A stretch of DNA of 64,000 nt from a virus. Positions 18,244 to 28,463 of this stretch are shown here, piece after piece (position 1 is the stretch's first letter; every line of letters starts with the position of its first letter). The stretch covers positions 29,353 to 93,352 of IMG/VR virus record IMGVR_UViG_3300026521_000463; one strand, given 5' to 3'. The translations under genes and the position numbers were made by a program. The notes under the pieces are model-generated. The model searched no databases and had not been told where the DNA came from. It saw only the letters and a program-made list of their open reading frames with translations.

Positions 18244-19698
18244 TTATTCAAAATCTCCGAAATCAAAATCATCTTCAGAAGTGTCGTCAAATTTCAAATC
18301 TCCCGTTGAATCTTCAGGGACACCAAAACTTGCATTTAATTGACTTGTCAAATCTGGTAAATTATTGTTATCTATTTCATTGACTCTTTGATTTATTTGT
18401 TTTATTCCTGCTTGCTCGTCAATAACACCTTTAAAAGTCATTCTTGAAAAATCAACTTCTAATAAAACTTTTTCAAGTTTTCCTGTATATCTATTTTTAT
18501 CTGCTTTTAAAATTATTTGTTTTTGCTGTCTTAACTCTTCATTTGAAAGCATACTCGCTGCGAAATCTGCTGTAGCAATTACACCGATTGATTCTGAAAT
18601 GTTTTCCATACCTGCTTCTGTATTGTTATAAGAACTCCTATTCATTTGAGAACTTGAAATTATTATAATATCATTTTGCTTAGCAAATCCGTGTAACTCT
18701 TCAGCAATACTTTTAAAATAAGTGTATGAACCTTGACTTAACTTTGCTCTCGTTGATTTCATTAAGTTAAGATAATCTATAACAATGTAATCTAACTTGA
18801 TATTATGCTCATTTTCAATTTCATCTTTTAAAAATTGTAAATCAAAAACACTAAACCCTCCCGCGGGATATTCTTTAACAAAAAATTTACCTACATAATC
18901 TTTAACCTTGTCATATTTTGATTTATAAACATCCCAAGACATATTATCAAACTCGTGCAATTGAGTATAAAGAAGATTAGCATCAAACCTTTTTAAAATC
19001 TCTGCTTCTTCCATTTCAAGTGAGATATATAAACCATTTTTCTTTTGTAATGACATACCTGCTGAAACAGCAATTTTTAGCGCAGTTTTCCCTCCGTGAG
19101 ATGGAGCAAGAAAGAGATTTAATGTTTTGCTCCTAAAACCACCACCTAATAAATCGTCAAGAACATTTATTCCCGTTGAAATTTTTCTAAACTCCTCTTG
19201 GTATTTTTTGAATCTATTTTCTAAATCATTATGAAATTCTAAACCTAAATCTGTGTCAAAATTATAATTTAGTGCCTTTTCAAATTTTACTATTATATCA
19301 TTTTCAATATCATCTTTTTGTTTTAACTCATCCACACTTTCTAAAATAGCATCCATCAATGATATTTTTTTGAGATGTCTTTGAGTGAATTGTATTAAAA
19401 AATCAAAATTTTTTATATCTTGTTCGTTTTTTAATTCAGTTTTAATGTAGTTGAATACATTTTGTTTTAAATTTTTATCTAACCCACTCTCCATCATAAA
19501 AAGTGCTAATTCTTTGATTGACGGGGATTTTTCAAAATTTTTATGAAACTTTTTAATATATTGGTATATTGTCTTAGTTTCTACTTTTTTAAAATTATTT
19601 TCTTCTAATTTTGAAAATACTCTAGCAAAATAAGCAGGGTTTTTCAATAAATGAAAAATAATAATTTTTTCCCCATCGAGATTGTTTAATTCATTCAT
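18244..19698 (-). CDS. Replicative DnaB-family helicase (T4 gp41-like)
   Basis: STG...LD.LLGGG, APSHGGKT, YISLEM, VKEYP, IDYLNLM, SSSQMNR, SESIG...TAD, KNRY. Confidence 0.93.
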   Translation of the reverse strand: MNELNNLDGEKIIIFHLLKNPAYFARVFSKLEENNFKKVETKTIYQYIKKFHKNFEKSPSIKELALFMMESGLDKNLKQNVFNYIKTELKNEQDIKNFDFLIQFTQRHLKKISLMDAILESVDELKQKDDIENDIIVKFEKALNYNFDTDLGLEFHNDLENRFKKYQEEFRKISTGINVLDDLLGGGFRSKTLNLFLAPSHGGKTALKIAVSAGMSLQKKNGLYISLEMEEAEILKRFDANLLYTQLHEFDNMSWDVYKSKYDKVKDYVGKFFVKEYPAGGFSVFDLQFLKDEIENEHNIKLDYIVIDYLNLMKSTRAKLSQGSYTYFKSIAEELHGFAKQNDIIIISSSQMNRSSYNNTEAGMENISESIGVIATADFAASMLSNEELRQQKQIILKADKNRYTGKLEKVLLEVDFSRMTFKGVIDEQAGIKQINQRVNEIDNNNLPDLTSQLNASFGVPEDSTGDLKFDDTSEDDFDFGDFE

Positions 19699-19782
19699 AT
19701 TGTTTCTCCTTTAAATATATTAAAAATGATTATTTTATAATTATATTATAAATGAAATATAAAATTAACCTAAGGAATTTAT

Positions 19783-20802
19783 ATGTGTGTAATAATTGCC
19801 AAAAAAATAAAAAATATAAATAATGAATTAGAATGGAATCTTTTTAAATTTAGAGACAGGGCATACGACCCAAAATATGTTCTTAAATCATTTATTTATA
19901 AAAATGTAGAAGTTTTATATCTTAAAGATAAAAAATCAAAATGGATTGAAGGAATAAATTCATTTGGAATCACACTTGTATCAGCAGCACTTGATAATCA
20001 TTCTGATGCTTCAATAGGCGGAGATAATACTTCAACCTTATTCAAAAATTATCTGAAAACTGCTAATGAAAGAAATAGTATCATCCTAAAAAGAGCACTA
20101 AGACAAACTTCTATAGAAGATGCTCTTGAAGTTCTTGTAGATTCAAAATTTATAGGTAATACTTTTTTAACGGACGGAAAAAAACTTTTCAGTATTGAAA
20201 TTTCAATTCCACAAAAAAAATTATTAAATTACAGAAATTCATCTGAAGATTTAGCAAAATTAAAATGGTCTGATTTTAAAGCAAAAATTATGCAAAATCT
20301 TGATGAAACTGATTTTAAGGTTTCAGTTAAAGAAGCATCAACTGAAAGATTACTTGTTAAAACAAACCATTCAATCCAAATGAAAAATTTAGGATATCGT
20401 CCAGAACACAAGGGTTATAAATCAAGTGTTAAAAGAAGAGAAATTGTTAAGAATTTTATGAAAAATATAAAAACAGATTCAATTGAAAACATTATGTATC
20501 TTTTAACAAATCTTGATGACCCAAAACATTCTAAAAACCCTGAATTAAGACCATTAAGAACAAAAGAAAAAACTTCATTATCAAATAAAGAAAAAGAAAG
20601 ACATAACATCACTGATTATTATACAACTGATATTTTTGGGTTTTCGCCTTCTAAAAGAACAATGTATCTTTTACCTATACATTCAAAAACTGAAAAAGGC
20701 AATTTTGATAATAAAGAAACTTCGTGTCATTTTGTTACATTAAGCAGAAGTTTTCTTAAAGAAAACTTATGCGAAATTCTTTATACAGATTTCAACGATT
20801 AA
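19783..20802 (+). CDS. N-terminal-nucleophile (Ntn) hydrolase-like protein
   Basis: Cys2 nucleophile (MCVIIAK), KFRDR, EGINSFGITLV, KTNH, SS..RR. TTAAATA at 19711-19717. Confidence 0.6.
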   Translation: MCVIIAKKIKNINNELEWNLFKFRDRAYDPKYVLKSFIYKNVEVLYLKDKKSKWIEGINSFGITLVSAALDNHSDASIGGDNTSTLFKNYLKTANERNSIILKRALRQTSIEDALEVLVDSKFIGNTFLTDGKKLFSIEISIPQKKLLNYRNSSEDLAKLKWSDFKAKIMQNLDETDFKVSVKEASTERLLVKTNHSIQMKNLGYRPEHKGYKSSVKRREIVKNFMKNIKTDSIENIMYLLTNLDDPKHSKNPELRPLRTKEKTSLSNKEKERHNITDYYTTDIFGFSPSKRTMYLLPIHSKTEKGNFDNKETSCHFVTLSRSFLKENLCEILYTDFND

Positions 20803-21217
20803 ATTCGTTGTAATTCTCTTGAATTTCTTTTAAAGTTGAATTTTTAAGATATTTTAAGTATTTGTATGCCATTTCATCATTTATCTTAAAATACCACTTT
20901 ACAGCATCAAGATAAACTGACTTTTTAATTTTAGGTTTTGAAGGATATCTTATAAACCCAACCCTCCCGAATAACATTTGTAGCAACTCAATAGATTTTT
21001 CTTGTGGTATGTTCATCACATTAAATTGATTTAATGTTTCTATAAATTTTGCTTCTGAACTTAAATGCTGTAAAAGCATATATTCACTTACTTTCTTAAA
21101 CTCTTCTTTAGATAATTTTCCGTTAAAAAGTTTTTTATGATAATCAAACATACCTAATTTTTTCTCTTTCTTAACTTCCTCTTCTTTTTTAGGTTCTTCG
21201 TCAAAAAATAATCCCAT
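20792..21217 (-). CDS. Clamp loader small subunit (gp62-like)
   Basis: YMLLQHLS, FIRYP.K, VKWYFKIN...A..YL. Lies near gp44. Confidence 0.7.
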   Translation of the reverse strand: MGLFFDEEPKKEEEVKKEKKLGMFDYHKKLFNGKLSKEEFKKVSEYMLLQHLSSEAKFIETLNQFNVMNIPQEKSIELLQMLFGRVGFIRYPSKPKIKKSVYLDAVKWYFKINDEMAYKYLKYLKNSTLKEIQENYNEFNR

Positions 21218-21226
21218 TTGTTCTCC

Positions 21227-21766
21227 TTAAAATAGACTTCCGTCTTCTATAATTATATTTTTAAAAATTTTTTCGTCTAATTTCCATTTCATAAATTTCA
21301 TTAAATAATCTATCTTATCATATATTATTTTTTGAAAAGTGTTTAATTTTTTATTTTTTAACAAAAAATAAACTGTATAAAAACTTATTTTTCCTTCCTG
21401 AAACAATTGAAACACCTCATCTACTTCAATTTTTAAATTATTTTCCATCAAAAATTCTATATCTGCTTGAATATATTTTAATGGGTTTTTCATAACATCT
21501 TTAAATTTATAGTATTCACTTCTATCCTTTAAATTGTTATGACAATAATTAAGAAAAGTTTCAAAATTGCTTGCTGAATACTTATAAGTTACAAAAATAG
21601 CAAGCAATGCTATAAATTTTTTTTCATAATTTTTAAAAGGCAATAAATAACTACTATAATGCTCAATTGTTTTCTTTGTATATTTTACACTTTTTAATCT
21701 TTTATTTATTTTTGAACCTTCATAAATTCTTCTTAGTAATAGATATAATTCTAAATCTTCATTCAT
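21227..21766 (-). CDS. Helicase loader (gp59-like)
   Basis: LYLLLRR N-terminus and LFQEGKISFYT C-terminal motif. Adjacent to gp33, as in T4. Confidence 0.5.
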   Translation of the reverse strand: MNEDLELYLLLRRIYEGSKINKRLKSVKYTKKTIEHYSSYLLPFKNYEKKFIALLAIFVTYKYSASNFETFLNYCHNNLKDRSEYYKFKDVMKNPLKYIQADIEFLMENNLKIEVDEVFQLFQEGKISFYTVYFLLKNKKLNTFQKIIYDKIDYLMKFMKWKLDEKIFKNIIIEDGSLF

Positions 21767-21774
21767 TTTAACTC

Positions 21775-22050
21775 CTAAAAGAATCCTAATCCACTCAATT
21801 TATTATCTTTTTGAATTTTTTTACTCATTGCTAAATTTTTAATGACTTCACTTGCTTCTATATAATCTTCAATATCTTCAACTCTGAAATCATTTTTTTC
21901 ACAAAATCCTAAAATACCATCAATTATATCAAGTTGTGGATTTTTATTGAGGAATGAAACTATATTATTTTCTAAAATAGATATAATTTCATCCTTATTT
22001 TCGGCAGTCGGGATAATATAAGGAATGTCTTTTAATTTTATAGTTTTCAT
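21775..22050 (-). CDS. Late-transcription co-activator (gp33-like)
   Basis: IIDGILGFCEKNDF..EDI..YI..S..IK..A, with hydrophobic C-terminus LGFF. Confidence 0.65.
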   Translation of the reverse strand: MKTIKLKDIPYIIPTAENKDEIISILENNIVSFLNKNPQLDIIDGILGFCEKNDFRVEDIEDYIEASEVIKNLAMSKKIQKDNKLSGLGFF

Positions 22051-22057
22051 TTTAACC

Positions 22058-23017
22058 TCAATATACTGACATCAATTTTAATAAAAATGCCATTAAAGTA
22101 ATTTCTTTATTTTTTGCAATTTTATCCATCTCTTGATATCTCGCTAATTCCCCGACAATTCCAGGTTGTTTTTGTGCTGGTAAAAATTCATCCATTTTTT
22201 TCCAAAACCAAGTATAAAAATTTGAGGGATTATTAAGTAACATAACCATACCTCTTGTAGCACTATAATTTTTTTCTTTAACTTTTTCCATTAAATCTGT
22301 AAAAATATCATCCACATCTAAGTTTTGAAGTTTTAATTTTCCATTTATAACATTATCTTGTAATGATATTGTCATATTTCTCATAGAAGGATAATGTTTT
22401 TTAACAATTTCACCTATATCTTTTTTATCGTATTCAACCCCTTCAATTTCACAAATATCCATAAGTCTTTTATACATTTTTTTTGCTATTTCATTTTTGT
22501 GTTCTTGAAAAATAATATCAAAATCAAAAACTATAAATCTGCTCAATAAAGGTTCAATAAATCTGTCTTTATAATTTCCTGTAAGAAAAAATCTAACATT
22601 TCCTGCATATTGCTCAATCACACCTCTTAAAATATCTTGTGCCCCTGCACTTCCTTGACTTGAAGTCGTTAAGTTATCTGCTTCATCTAGAACCAATAAC
22701 TTTCTTTTACCTTGTGCTGACATCGTGCTTGCAAAACTTACAATTTCATTTCTAATAGTTGAAACAGAATTATCTTGTGAAGCATTTATCCATTTCACAT
22801 CTGAATCCAACTCGTGAATTAAAGCATTAAGCATACTCCCTTTACCTGTTCCTGGGGTGCTACTAACAAACATTATATTTGGAATGTTACCTTTATCAAC
22901 ATATTCTTGAAATTTTTCCATAAGGTAATCTGGTAAAATAACATCTTTTAATCTTTGAGGTCTATATTTTTCAACCCATAAGTCGTTAAATTTTTCATTA
23001 TACACTAAATCTGGCAT
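22058..23017 (-). CDS. Clamp loader large subunit (gp44/RFC-like)
   Basis: LWVEKYRP, PGTGKGS, INAS, LDEADNL, LRGVIE, PLLSRF. Confidence 0.95.
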   Translation of the reverse strand: MPDLVYNEKFNDLWVEKYRPQRLKDVILPDYLMEKFQEYVDKGNIPNIMFVSSTPGTGKGSMLNALIHELDSDVKWINASQDNSVSTIRNEIVSFASTMSAQGKRKLLVLDEADNLTTSSQGSAGAQDILRGVIEQYAGNVRFFLTGNYKDRFIEPLLSRFIVFDFDIIFQEHKNEIAKKMYKRLMDICEIEGVEYDKKDIGEIVKKHYPSMRNMTISLQDNVINGKLKLQNLDVDDIFTDLMEKVKEKNYSATRGMVMLLNNPSNFYTWFWKKMDEFLPAQKQPGIVGELARYQEMDKIAKNKEITLMAFLLKLMSVY

Positions 23018-23073
23018 TTTTTCTCCTTTGTTTTGATTGATTCATGCAAATCCTTTTTATGATTTATAATATA

Positions 23074-23102
23074 ATTATAACATAAAAAGGAATAAAAGTC
23101 AA
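23074..23102 (-). promoter_or_regulatory. Class I promoter TTGACT-N17-TATAAT
   Basis: Consensus boxes with 17-nt spacing. Confidence 0.8.
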
Positions 23103-23111
23103 GTAAATTGA

Positions 23112-24113
23112 CTAATAATTTATCTTTTGGTATTTTAGATTTTTGATAACATTTTGTCTAATATCCGTTTGAATTGTAGTTTTAGATGGGTCATTTTCTT
23201 TTTCATTTGTTCCTACACCACTCCAACCTCTATATCCAGGATTAACATTAAATGAATCACTTTTATAAGATATATATCTGCATTCATCAATTGTATCATC
23301 TGCATCAATTGAAGCAAATTCATTTTTTGATTCAATAAGTGTCATAACATTGTCATCTCCAGAATTAGCGAAATAAATCGATAAAGTTCCTTTTCCGTCA
23401 ATTAGGTCAAACGACTGCGATGACTTTATATTTGAATTAAATGAAATTTTATATTCTACATTTGAAGAATTATAATCACTTATATTATCATTGTAATCTA
23501 AGGCAAATGCTTTATACTTTTTTAATACACCTTCATTGACATTTTTAGGAAGTTGTATTGAAAACTTATCAGGACGAATAGCGAAATTGTCCGTGCTGTA
23601 TTCAATATAATGTTCTGTGTCTTTTTTTAATGTTACATTATAACATTTTCTGAATGGCGGATATTTTATCAAAACATAATATAAACCTTCATCAAGATTG
23701 TCTGTAATTTCCTCAACTTCTTTGAAACCTGTTAAAATTGTAGGACACTCAACCTCATTTGATATAAATTCAATTTTATCTTTATCATATTCAAATTTCA
23801 CTTTTACATTTTTATAAGATTTATCAATCTTAAATGGTAAAAGCGGGGTATAAGATTTCACTTCGGAAATATTCTTGTCATTTGAAACAAGAACTATTTT
23901 TATATTATGGATGTTAAGACATTTTCTTTCAATTTTTAACCAAAATTCTTTGCCATCAATTTTTGTAGATATACTCGATGCCGAATCTATATTGAATGCA
24001 TTTAAACATTGATTTGAATCATCTGCTAATGCTTTATCTTTGTCGCTTGTTTTAAGGCAAGCACCATTTAACCCCAATATAATCAAGGGTATTAAAAATA
24101 ATAATTTTTTCAT
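23112..24113 (-). CDS. Signal-peptide-bearing exported protein
   Basis: MKKLLFLIPLIILGLNGAC signal peptide, STDNFAIRPDKF motif, several Cys. TTAAATA at 24144-24150. Confidence 0.65.
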   Translation of the reverse strand: MKKLLFLIPLIILGLNGACLKTSDKDKALADDSNQCLNAFNIDSASSISTKIDGKEFWLKIERKCLNIHNIKIVLVSNDKNISEVKSYTPLLPFKIDKSYKNVKVKFEYDKDKIEFISNEVECPTILTGFKEVEEITDNLDEGLYYVLIKYPPFRKCYNVTLKKDTEHYIEYSTDNFAIRPDKFSIQLPKNVNEGVLKKYKAFALDYNDNISDYNSSNVEYKISFNSNIKSSQSFDLIDGKGTLSIYFANSGDDNVMTLIESKNEFASIDADDTIDECRYISYKSDSFNVNPGYRGWSGVGTNEKENDPSKTTIQTDIRQNVIKNLKYQKINY

Positions 24114-24154
24114 AATTTTATCCTTTCAAGGTGTTCGTATAATTATTTAACATT

Positions 24155-25840
24155 TTAATTTTTTACGATTACACTATACCCTTTATTTTCAATTGTATAG
24201 ATTTTATTGAAAATATCTTTATTTTTAATGTCTTTATTATGTGTTATTAAAATTATTTCTTTTTCAGTAAAATTTTTATGAAGCAATTCTAAAATTTCAT
24301 CAACACCATCTTCGTCTAAACTTCCGTTTATAAATTCATCAAGAAATAATATATTAAATGAAATTTTGCTTTTTATTTCACTCAATTTTAAAAAGGCAAA
24401 TAAAATAGCAATAATTACTCTCATTTTTTGCCCGTTACTTAACGAATTAAAACTATAATCCTTATTTCTGTAAATTATTCTTTCTTTAAAGAACTTGTCT
24501 AATATAAAATTATAGGACATACCTAATTTCTCTAAATATAAATTTATATGATAATTCAAAATAGGTATTTGCTCGTCAATTAACTCACCTTTAAGATTAT
24601 CTTCACTCAATAAAATTTCAAGTTCTTTTAAATCATTTAATTTTTGAGATAATTCAATATATTCATCTTTAAGTTTTTTTAATATATCTTTTTTCTCATC
24701 GATTAACGATGTATTCACTTCAATTTCTTTAAGATTTTTTATTCCGTTTATTTTATTTTTTAAGTCAATTATCTTTTTTTCTGCTTCAACCTGTTTGAAT
24801 TGTTCCATTTTTAAATCGGATAATTTTTGTTTTTCAGTTTCAATTTCTTTTTGGATAACTTCAAGATTTTTTTCAAAAAATGAGATATTTTCTTTCATTT
24901 TTTTGGCAGTTTCAACCTCGTCTTGATAATCAAAATCAAATTTTGCCATAATTTCATTTCCACACTTATCACAGACTATTTTTTCATTTTCTGCTTTTTT
25001 AAATGCCTTTATATTTATGATATGTTTTTGAATATCATTTTTAAGTCCTTTTAATTGATTTTCAATTGTTTTTTTCTCAAATAAAAGTTCTTCAAGAGTT
25101 GTTTTATCAATCTCAATTTTTTTATCAAGTAATTTTCCAAGATTTTTTATTTCATTCTCATAATTAGAAATCAATTCTTGTTTTTTATCAATAATTTCCT
25201 GTTTTTGTTTTTTTGCTTTTTCATATTCATTTTGTAAAGTCGTAATATCGCTTTTTAAGGTTGAAGTTTTAAAATCATTTTCTTTAATTGACTCTTGAAT
25301 ATATTTTTTATAATTTTTAACTTTTTCTTTTAATTCATTAAAAATTGAAGTATCTAAAAGAATTTGAAAAACTTGTTCTTTTTCTTTAGGAGATAGTTCC
25401 ATAAAATTTTTACTATTTGTAACATTTGCACCTAAATATAATAATTGATTGAAAATCAATTCATCAAACCCAATCATTTCCTCAAATTTTTTCTGATAAT
25501 CTTTAGACTTAGCATCCAAATCTAAGATTTTACCATTTACATATATCTCAAAAATGTTAGGTTTCATTCCTCTCTTGATAAAATATAAATCATCGTTTAT
25601 CATAAATTCAAGTGTTACTAATAACTTTTTACCAGCAGTATCATTTATCATTTCTGCTAATTTAACTTTATTAAGAGATTTACCAAACAGAGCAAAATAA
25701 ATTGCAGCACCAATAGTTGATTTTCCTTGCCCGTTTTTTCCTGATAATAAAGTCAAACCCGTTTCAGAAAATTCAATTGATTGTTCCTTTGAATAGGACA
25801 TAAAATTTTGTAGTGTCAATTTTTTAAAATGAATTTTCAT
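24155..25840 (-). CDS. Recombination ATPase gp46 (SbcC/Rad50-like)
   Basis: LQNFMSY, GKNGQGKST, zinc hook CDKCG, LSNGQ, FLDE, ITHN. Confidence 0.95.
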   Translation of the reverse strand: MKIHFKKLTLQNFMSYSKEQSIEFSETGLTLLSGKNGQGKSTIGAAIYFALFGKSLNKVKLAEMINDTAGKKLLVTLEFMINDDLYFIKRGMKPNIFEIYVNGKILDLDAKSKDYQKKFEEMIGFDELIFNQLLYLGANVTNSKNFMELSPKEKEQVFQILLDTSIFNELKEKVKNYKKYIQESIKENDFKTSTLKSDITTLQNEYEKAKKQKQEIIDKKQELISNYENEIKNLGKLLDKKIEIDKTTLEELLFEKKTIENQLKGLKNDIQKHIINIKAFKKAENEKIVCDKCGNEIMAKFDFDYQDEVETAKKMKENISFFEKNLEVIQKEIETEKQKLSDLKMEQFKQVEAEKKIIDLKNKINGIKNLKEIEVNTSLIDEKKDILKKLKDEYIELSQKLNDLKELEILLSEDNLKGELIDEQIPILNYHINLYLEKLGMSYNFILDKFFKERIIYRNKDYSFNSLSNGQKMRVIIAILFAFLKLSEIKSKISFNILFLDEFINGSLDEDGVDEILELLHKNFTEKEIILITHNKDIKNKDIFNKIYTIENKGYSVIVKN

Positions 25841-25857
25841 TTTTACTCCTATTATTT

Positions 25858-26139
25858 TTATTTCTCTTTTTTATCTTCTTTATCGTCCTGAGTTGAATCT
25901 TTTTCTGAATCATTATTTTCATCTTTAATAAGTTTATATTCAATAATTTCAGTTAAAGGAAATGAAGTTCTGTTCCCGTGGTCATCAAAAACCCAAAAAG
26001 TGTTATCATCGTCATCAATTGAATCTAATTTATACCACTTTGTGTCTATTAAAACTTTTACAGGTTTTTCATCAATAAGTAATTGCTTTAATGTTTTCAA
26101 ATCATTACTATTTATTTCTTCTAAAATTTCTCTAAGCAT
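25858..26139 (-). CDS. Hypothetical acidic protein
   Basis: ORF between gp47 and gp46. Confidence 0.6.
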   Translation of the reverse strand: MLREILEEINSNDLKTLKQLLIDEKPVKVLIDTKWYKLDSIDDDDNTFWVFDDHGNRTSFPLTEIIEYKLIKDENNDSEKDSTQDDKEDKKEK

Positions 26140-26141
26140 TT

Positions 26142-27188
26142 TTATCCTTCTTCGTTAAATTTTAACACCTCATTTAAGATGCCATTAAGTTTAGGGTCCA
26201 ATCTCTTTTTAATATATTCAATACCTTTAACTTGAATATCTTCATCAAGAATTTCCTCTTCTTTTGGGTCATATTTTATATCTATCAACTCGCTTAATTC
26301 TGCATTGTTAAAAACTTCAAAATCAAGATTTTTTTGCTTTAAATCATATAATATCTCATTATATTTATTATCTTTAGCAGAATTGATATAGACATTAAAA
26401 ATGTTTTTTTGAAGTATTTCTAAAACATTTTCATTTAATTTATCAAAATATATATCTTCACCTAAACCACTTATTACCCAAGGTTTTTTGTTTCTGTCGT
26501 CATATTTTAATTTTAAATGCATAGGTGAAATTTCATTTTTTATAAATTCAATACCTTTATCAGTATCAAGAATATAAAATCCTTTGATTTCACCGTAATC
26601 ACCCCATTCAAGTTGATAAGGTGTTCCGATATACATAACATTATCCTTTAATGATTTATTATGATAATGTCCACTGAATACCATTTTTGCTTTTGAAAAT
26701 GTTTTTATATCTATCTCTCCGGCAATATATTTATCAATATCTTTGAACTCAAAATGACCTAAAACAAATTCATTATAATCTTTTGGGATATCTTTTTTAC
26801 TATCTATTATCCAAGGAACAAGTGTCATATCTTCTAAATCAGTTACTTCACTTATATTGATAAATTTATCATAAAATTTTTCTAAATGTTTCACTAAACT
26901 TACATCACTTCTGTTTCTGAAATATAAATCGTGATTTCCTTGGATATTATAAAAAGTGATATTAAATTCTTTCAATAATTCTATAAATTCATTTATAAAA
27001 TCATTAAAAAAATTTATATCTATAATAGTTCTATTATCAAAAAGGTCTCCCATTGAGATACATATTTCAATGTCTTCATCTTTCATTTTTTTAAACATTT
27101 CACGGAAAAATTCAATTTGATTCTTAAAAATTTTTTTGTTAAAATTCTTTTTTCCGAAATGTGGGTCACCTACTAAAACACATCTCAA
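26142..27188 (-). CDS. Recombination nuclease gp47 (SbcD/Mre11-like)
   Basis: GDPHFG, GDLFDNR, GNHD, VPWI, GHFE, SGHYH, YIGTPYQL.WGD. Confidence 0.93.
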   Translation of the reverse strand: MRCVLVGDPHFGKKNFNKKIFKNQIEFFREMFKKMKDEDIEICISMGDLFDNRTIIDINFFNDFINEFIELLKEFNITFYNIQGNHDLYFRNRSDVSLVKHLEKFYDKFINISEVTDLEDMTLVPWIIDSKKDIPKDYNEFVLGHFEFKDIDKYIAGEIDIKTFSKAKMVFSGHYHNKSLKDNVMYIGTPYQLEWGDYGEIKGFYILDTDKGIEFIKNEISPMHLKLKYDDRNKKPWVISGLGEDIYFDKLNENVLEILQKNIFNVYINSAKDNKYNEILYDLKQKNLDFEVFNNAELSELIDIKYDPKEEEILDEDIQVKGIEYIKKRLDPKLNGILNEVLKFNEEG

Positions 27189-27341
27189 TTTAACTCCTTG
27201 ATATAATTTTTTATAATTATACCAAAAAGTAAAATTTTTTTAACTAAAATTCTTTAATACCGTATAATATAAAATAATCTATCTCGTTATTTTGTTTTTT
27301 CTCGTTCTTAAATAACCTAATTAAAAATTCCATTTAAACCC

Positions 27342-27569
27342 TTATTTTTGTAATTCAGAAATAGTTTTACTTACAATTGTTTCTAATGTATTTTTAGCAA
27401 CTCTTCTTGCTGTTTGTCTTGGACACCCTTGTCCTATCAAGTCAAAAACGAACTGTGGTCTGAAATAATTTTTTACATCTTCGATGTTCCCATTCCCATT
27501 TAACATTTTAACTACTTCATTTCTAATTGCATCTACTAAATTGATTCTTAAAGTTTCATTTACTACCAT
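27342..27569 (-). CDS. Hypothetical early protein (start revised to 27569)
   Basis: GGAAATCACATG cassette behind the class I promoter at 27623-27651. Confidence 0.6.
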   Translation of the reverse strand: MVVNETLRINLVDAIRNEVVKMLNGNGNIEDVKNYFRPQFVFDLIGQGCPRQTARRVAKNTLETIVSKTISELQK

Positions 27570-27622
27570 GTGATTTCCTTTTTTGTTTATTATATTTTGT
27601 AACTTCATCTTGTTACATTATA

Positions 27623-27651
27623 ATTATAACAAAAAAGATTTTAATTGTCAA
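27623..27651 (-). promoter_or_regulatory. Class I promoter TTGACA-N17-TATAAT
   Basis: Perfect consensus. Confidence 0.8.
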
Positions 27652-27678
27652 GTATTTTTTTATAAAATCTCCAAAAAA

Positions 27679-27966
27679 TTAAAAAATTTCAGGAGATTCT
27701 ATAAAATTTGAATCTTTTAGAATAGAACCTATTTTATCAGGGTCTAAATCTAACTTTTGAATTAAAGAAAGAGTTTTCTCAAGATTTGTTACTCCTTCTA
27801 AAAAATTGATATCTGATAATTTTTCAATAATTTCAATAAGTTTTTCGCTATCAATTTTACCTTTATCAATTTCAAGAAAAGTTGAAAAAGATAAAATATC
27901 TTTTACATCATTTTCTAAACTAAGGTAAAATTTTTTATCAAATATCATTTTAGTTTTAACTGACAA
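27679..27966 (-). CDS. Hypothetical protein
   Basis: Operonic ORF, start uncertain. Confidence 0.5.
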   Translation of the reverse strand: MSVKTKMIFDKKFYLSLENDVKDILSFSTFLEIDKGKIDSEKLIEIIEKLSDINFLEGVTNLEKTLSLIQKLDLDPDKIGSILKDSNFIESPEIF

Positions 27967-28435
27967 AGTTACCTCTTAAAATTTTTTCAATCTTATGCTT
28001 TTTCATAAGTTCTACATCATTTTGAGATAATCTTTCTTTATCTAATTCTTTGTCAAATTCAATTTTTACGATTTGTCTAAAAACTTCTTTACCACCAACT
28101 TCTTTAACGAATTTTTTTAATTCTTTAATTTTTTCAGGATTGTCATTGATATATCTAAGTGCTTCCTCTCTTGAAGTTCTTCCTCTTTGTCCTACAGGAC
28201 TTTCTCCAAGGTATTGTTCTTTAATTTTTTGAGTTAAAGATTCAGTTTTAACATCAATACTTTTAGGGTCTTTTTTAGGACCTTTACCATTTTCCCACCA
28301 TTTATTGATAGCATCAAAAAATTCAGATTTTTGCTCATCTGTCAAATCGGCAGGTGATTCAGCATTGAATTTTTTTAACATATCAGCAAAAAATTTTCTA
28401 TAATCTTTTTGTAATTGACTTAATTCTTGTGCCAT
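27956..28435 (-). CDS. Hypothetical late protein
   Basis: TTAAATA at 28453-28459, AAGGA RBS. Confidence 0.6.
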   Translation of the reverse strand: MAQELSQLQKDYRKFFADMLKKFNAESPADLTDEQKSEFFDAINKWWENGKGPKKDPKSIDVKTESLTQKIKEQYLGESPVGQRGRTSREEALRYINDNPEKIKELKKFVKEVGGKEVFRQIVKIEFDKELDKERLSQNDVELMKKHKIEKILRGNFVS

Positions 28436-28463
28436 TATATTCCTTTTTATATTATTTAAAAAT

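Noticed and set aside
27245-27340. Intergenic gap with two CTCGTT copies and a plus-strand TATAAT (possible sRNA or origin)
   Set aside because: No stable structure or iteron array is visible, and the motifs are too short to distinguish from chance.
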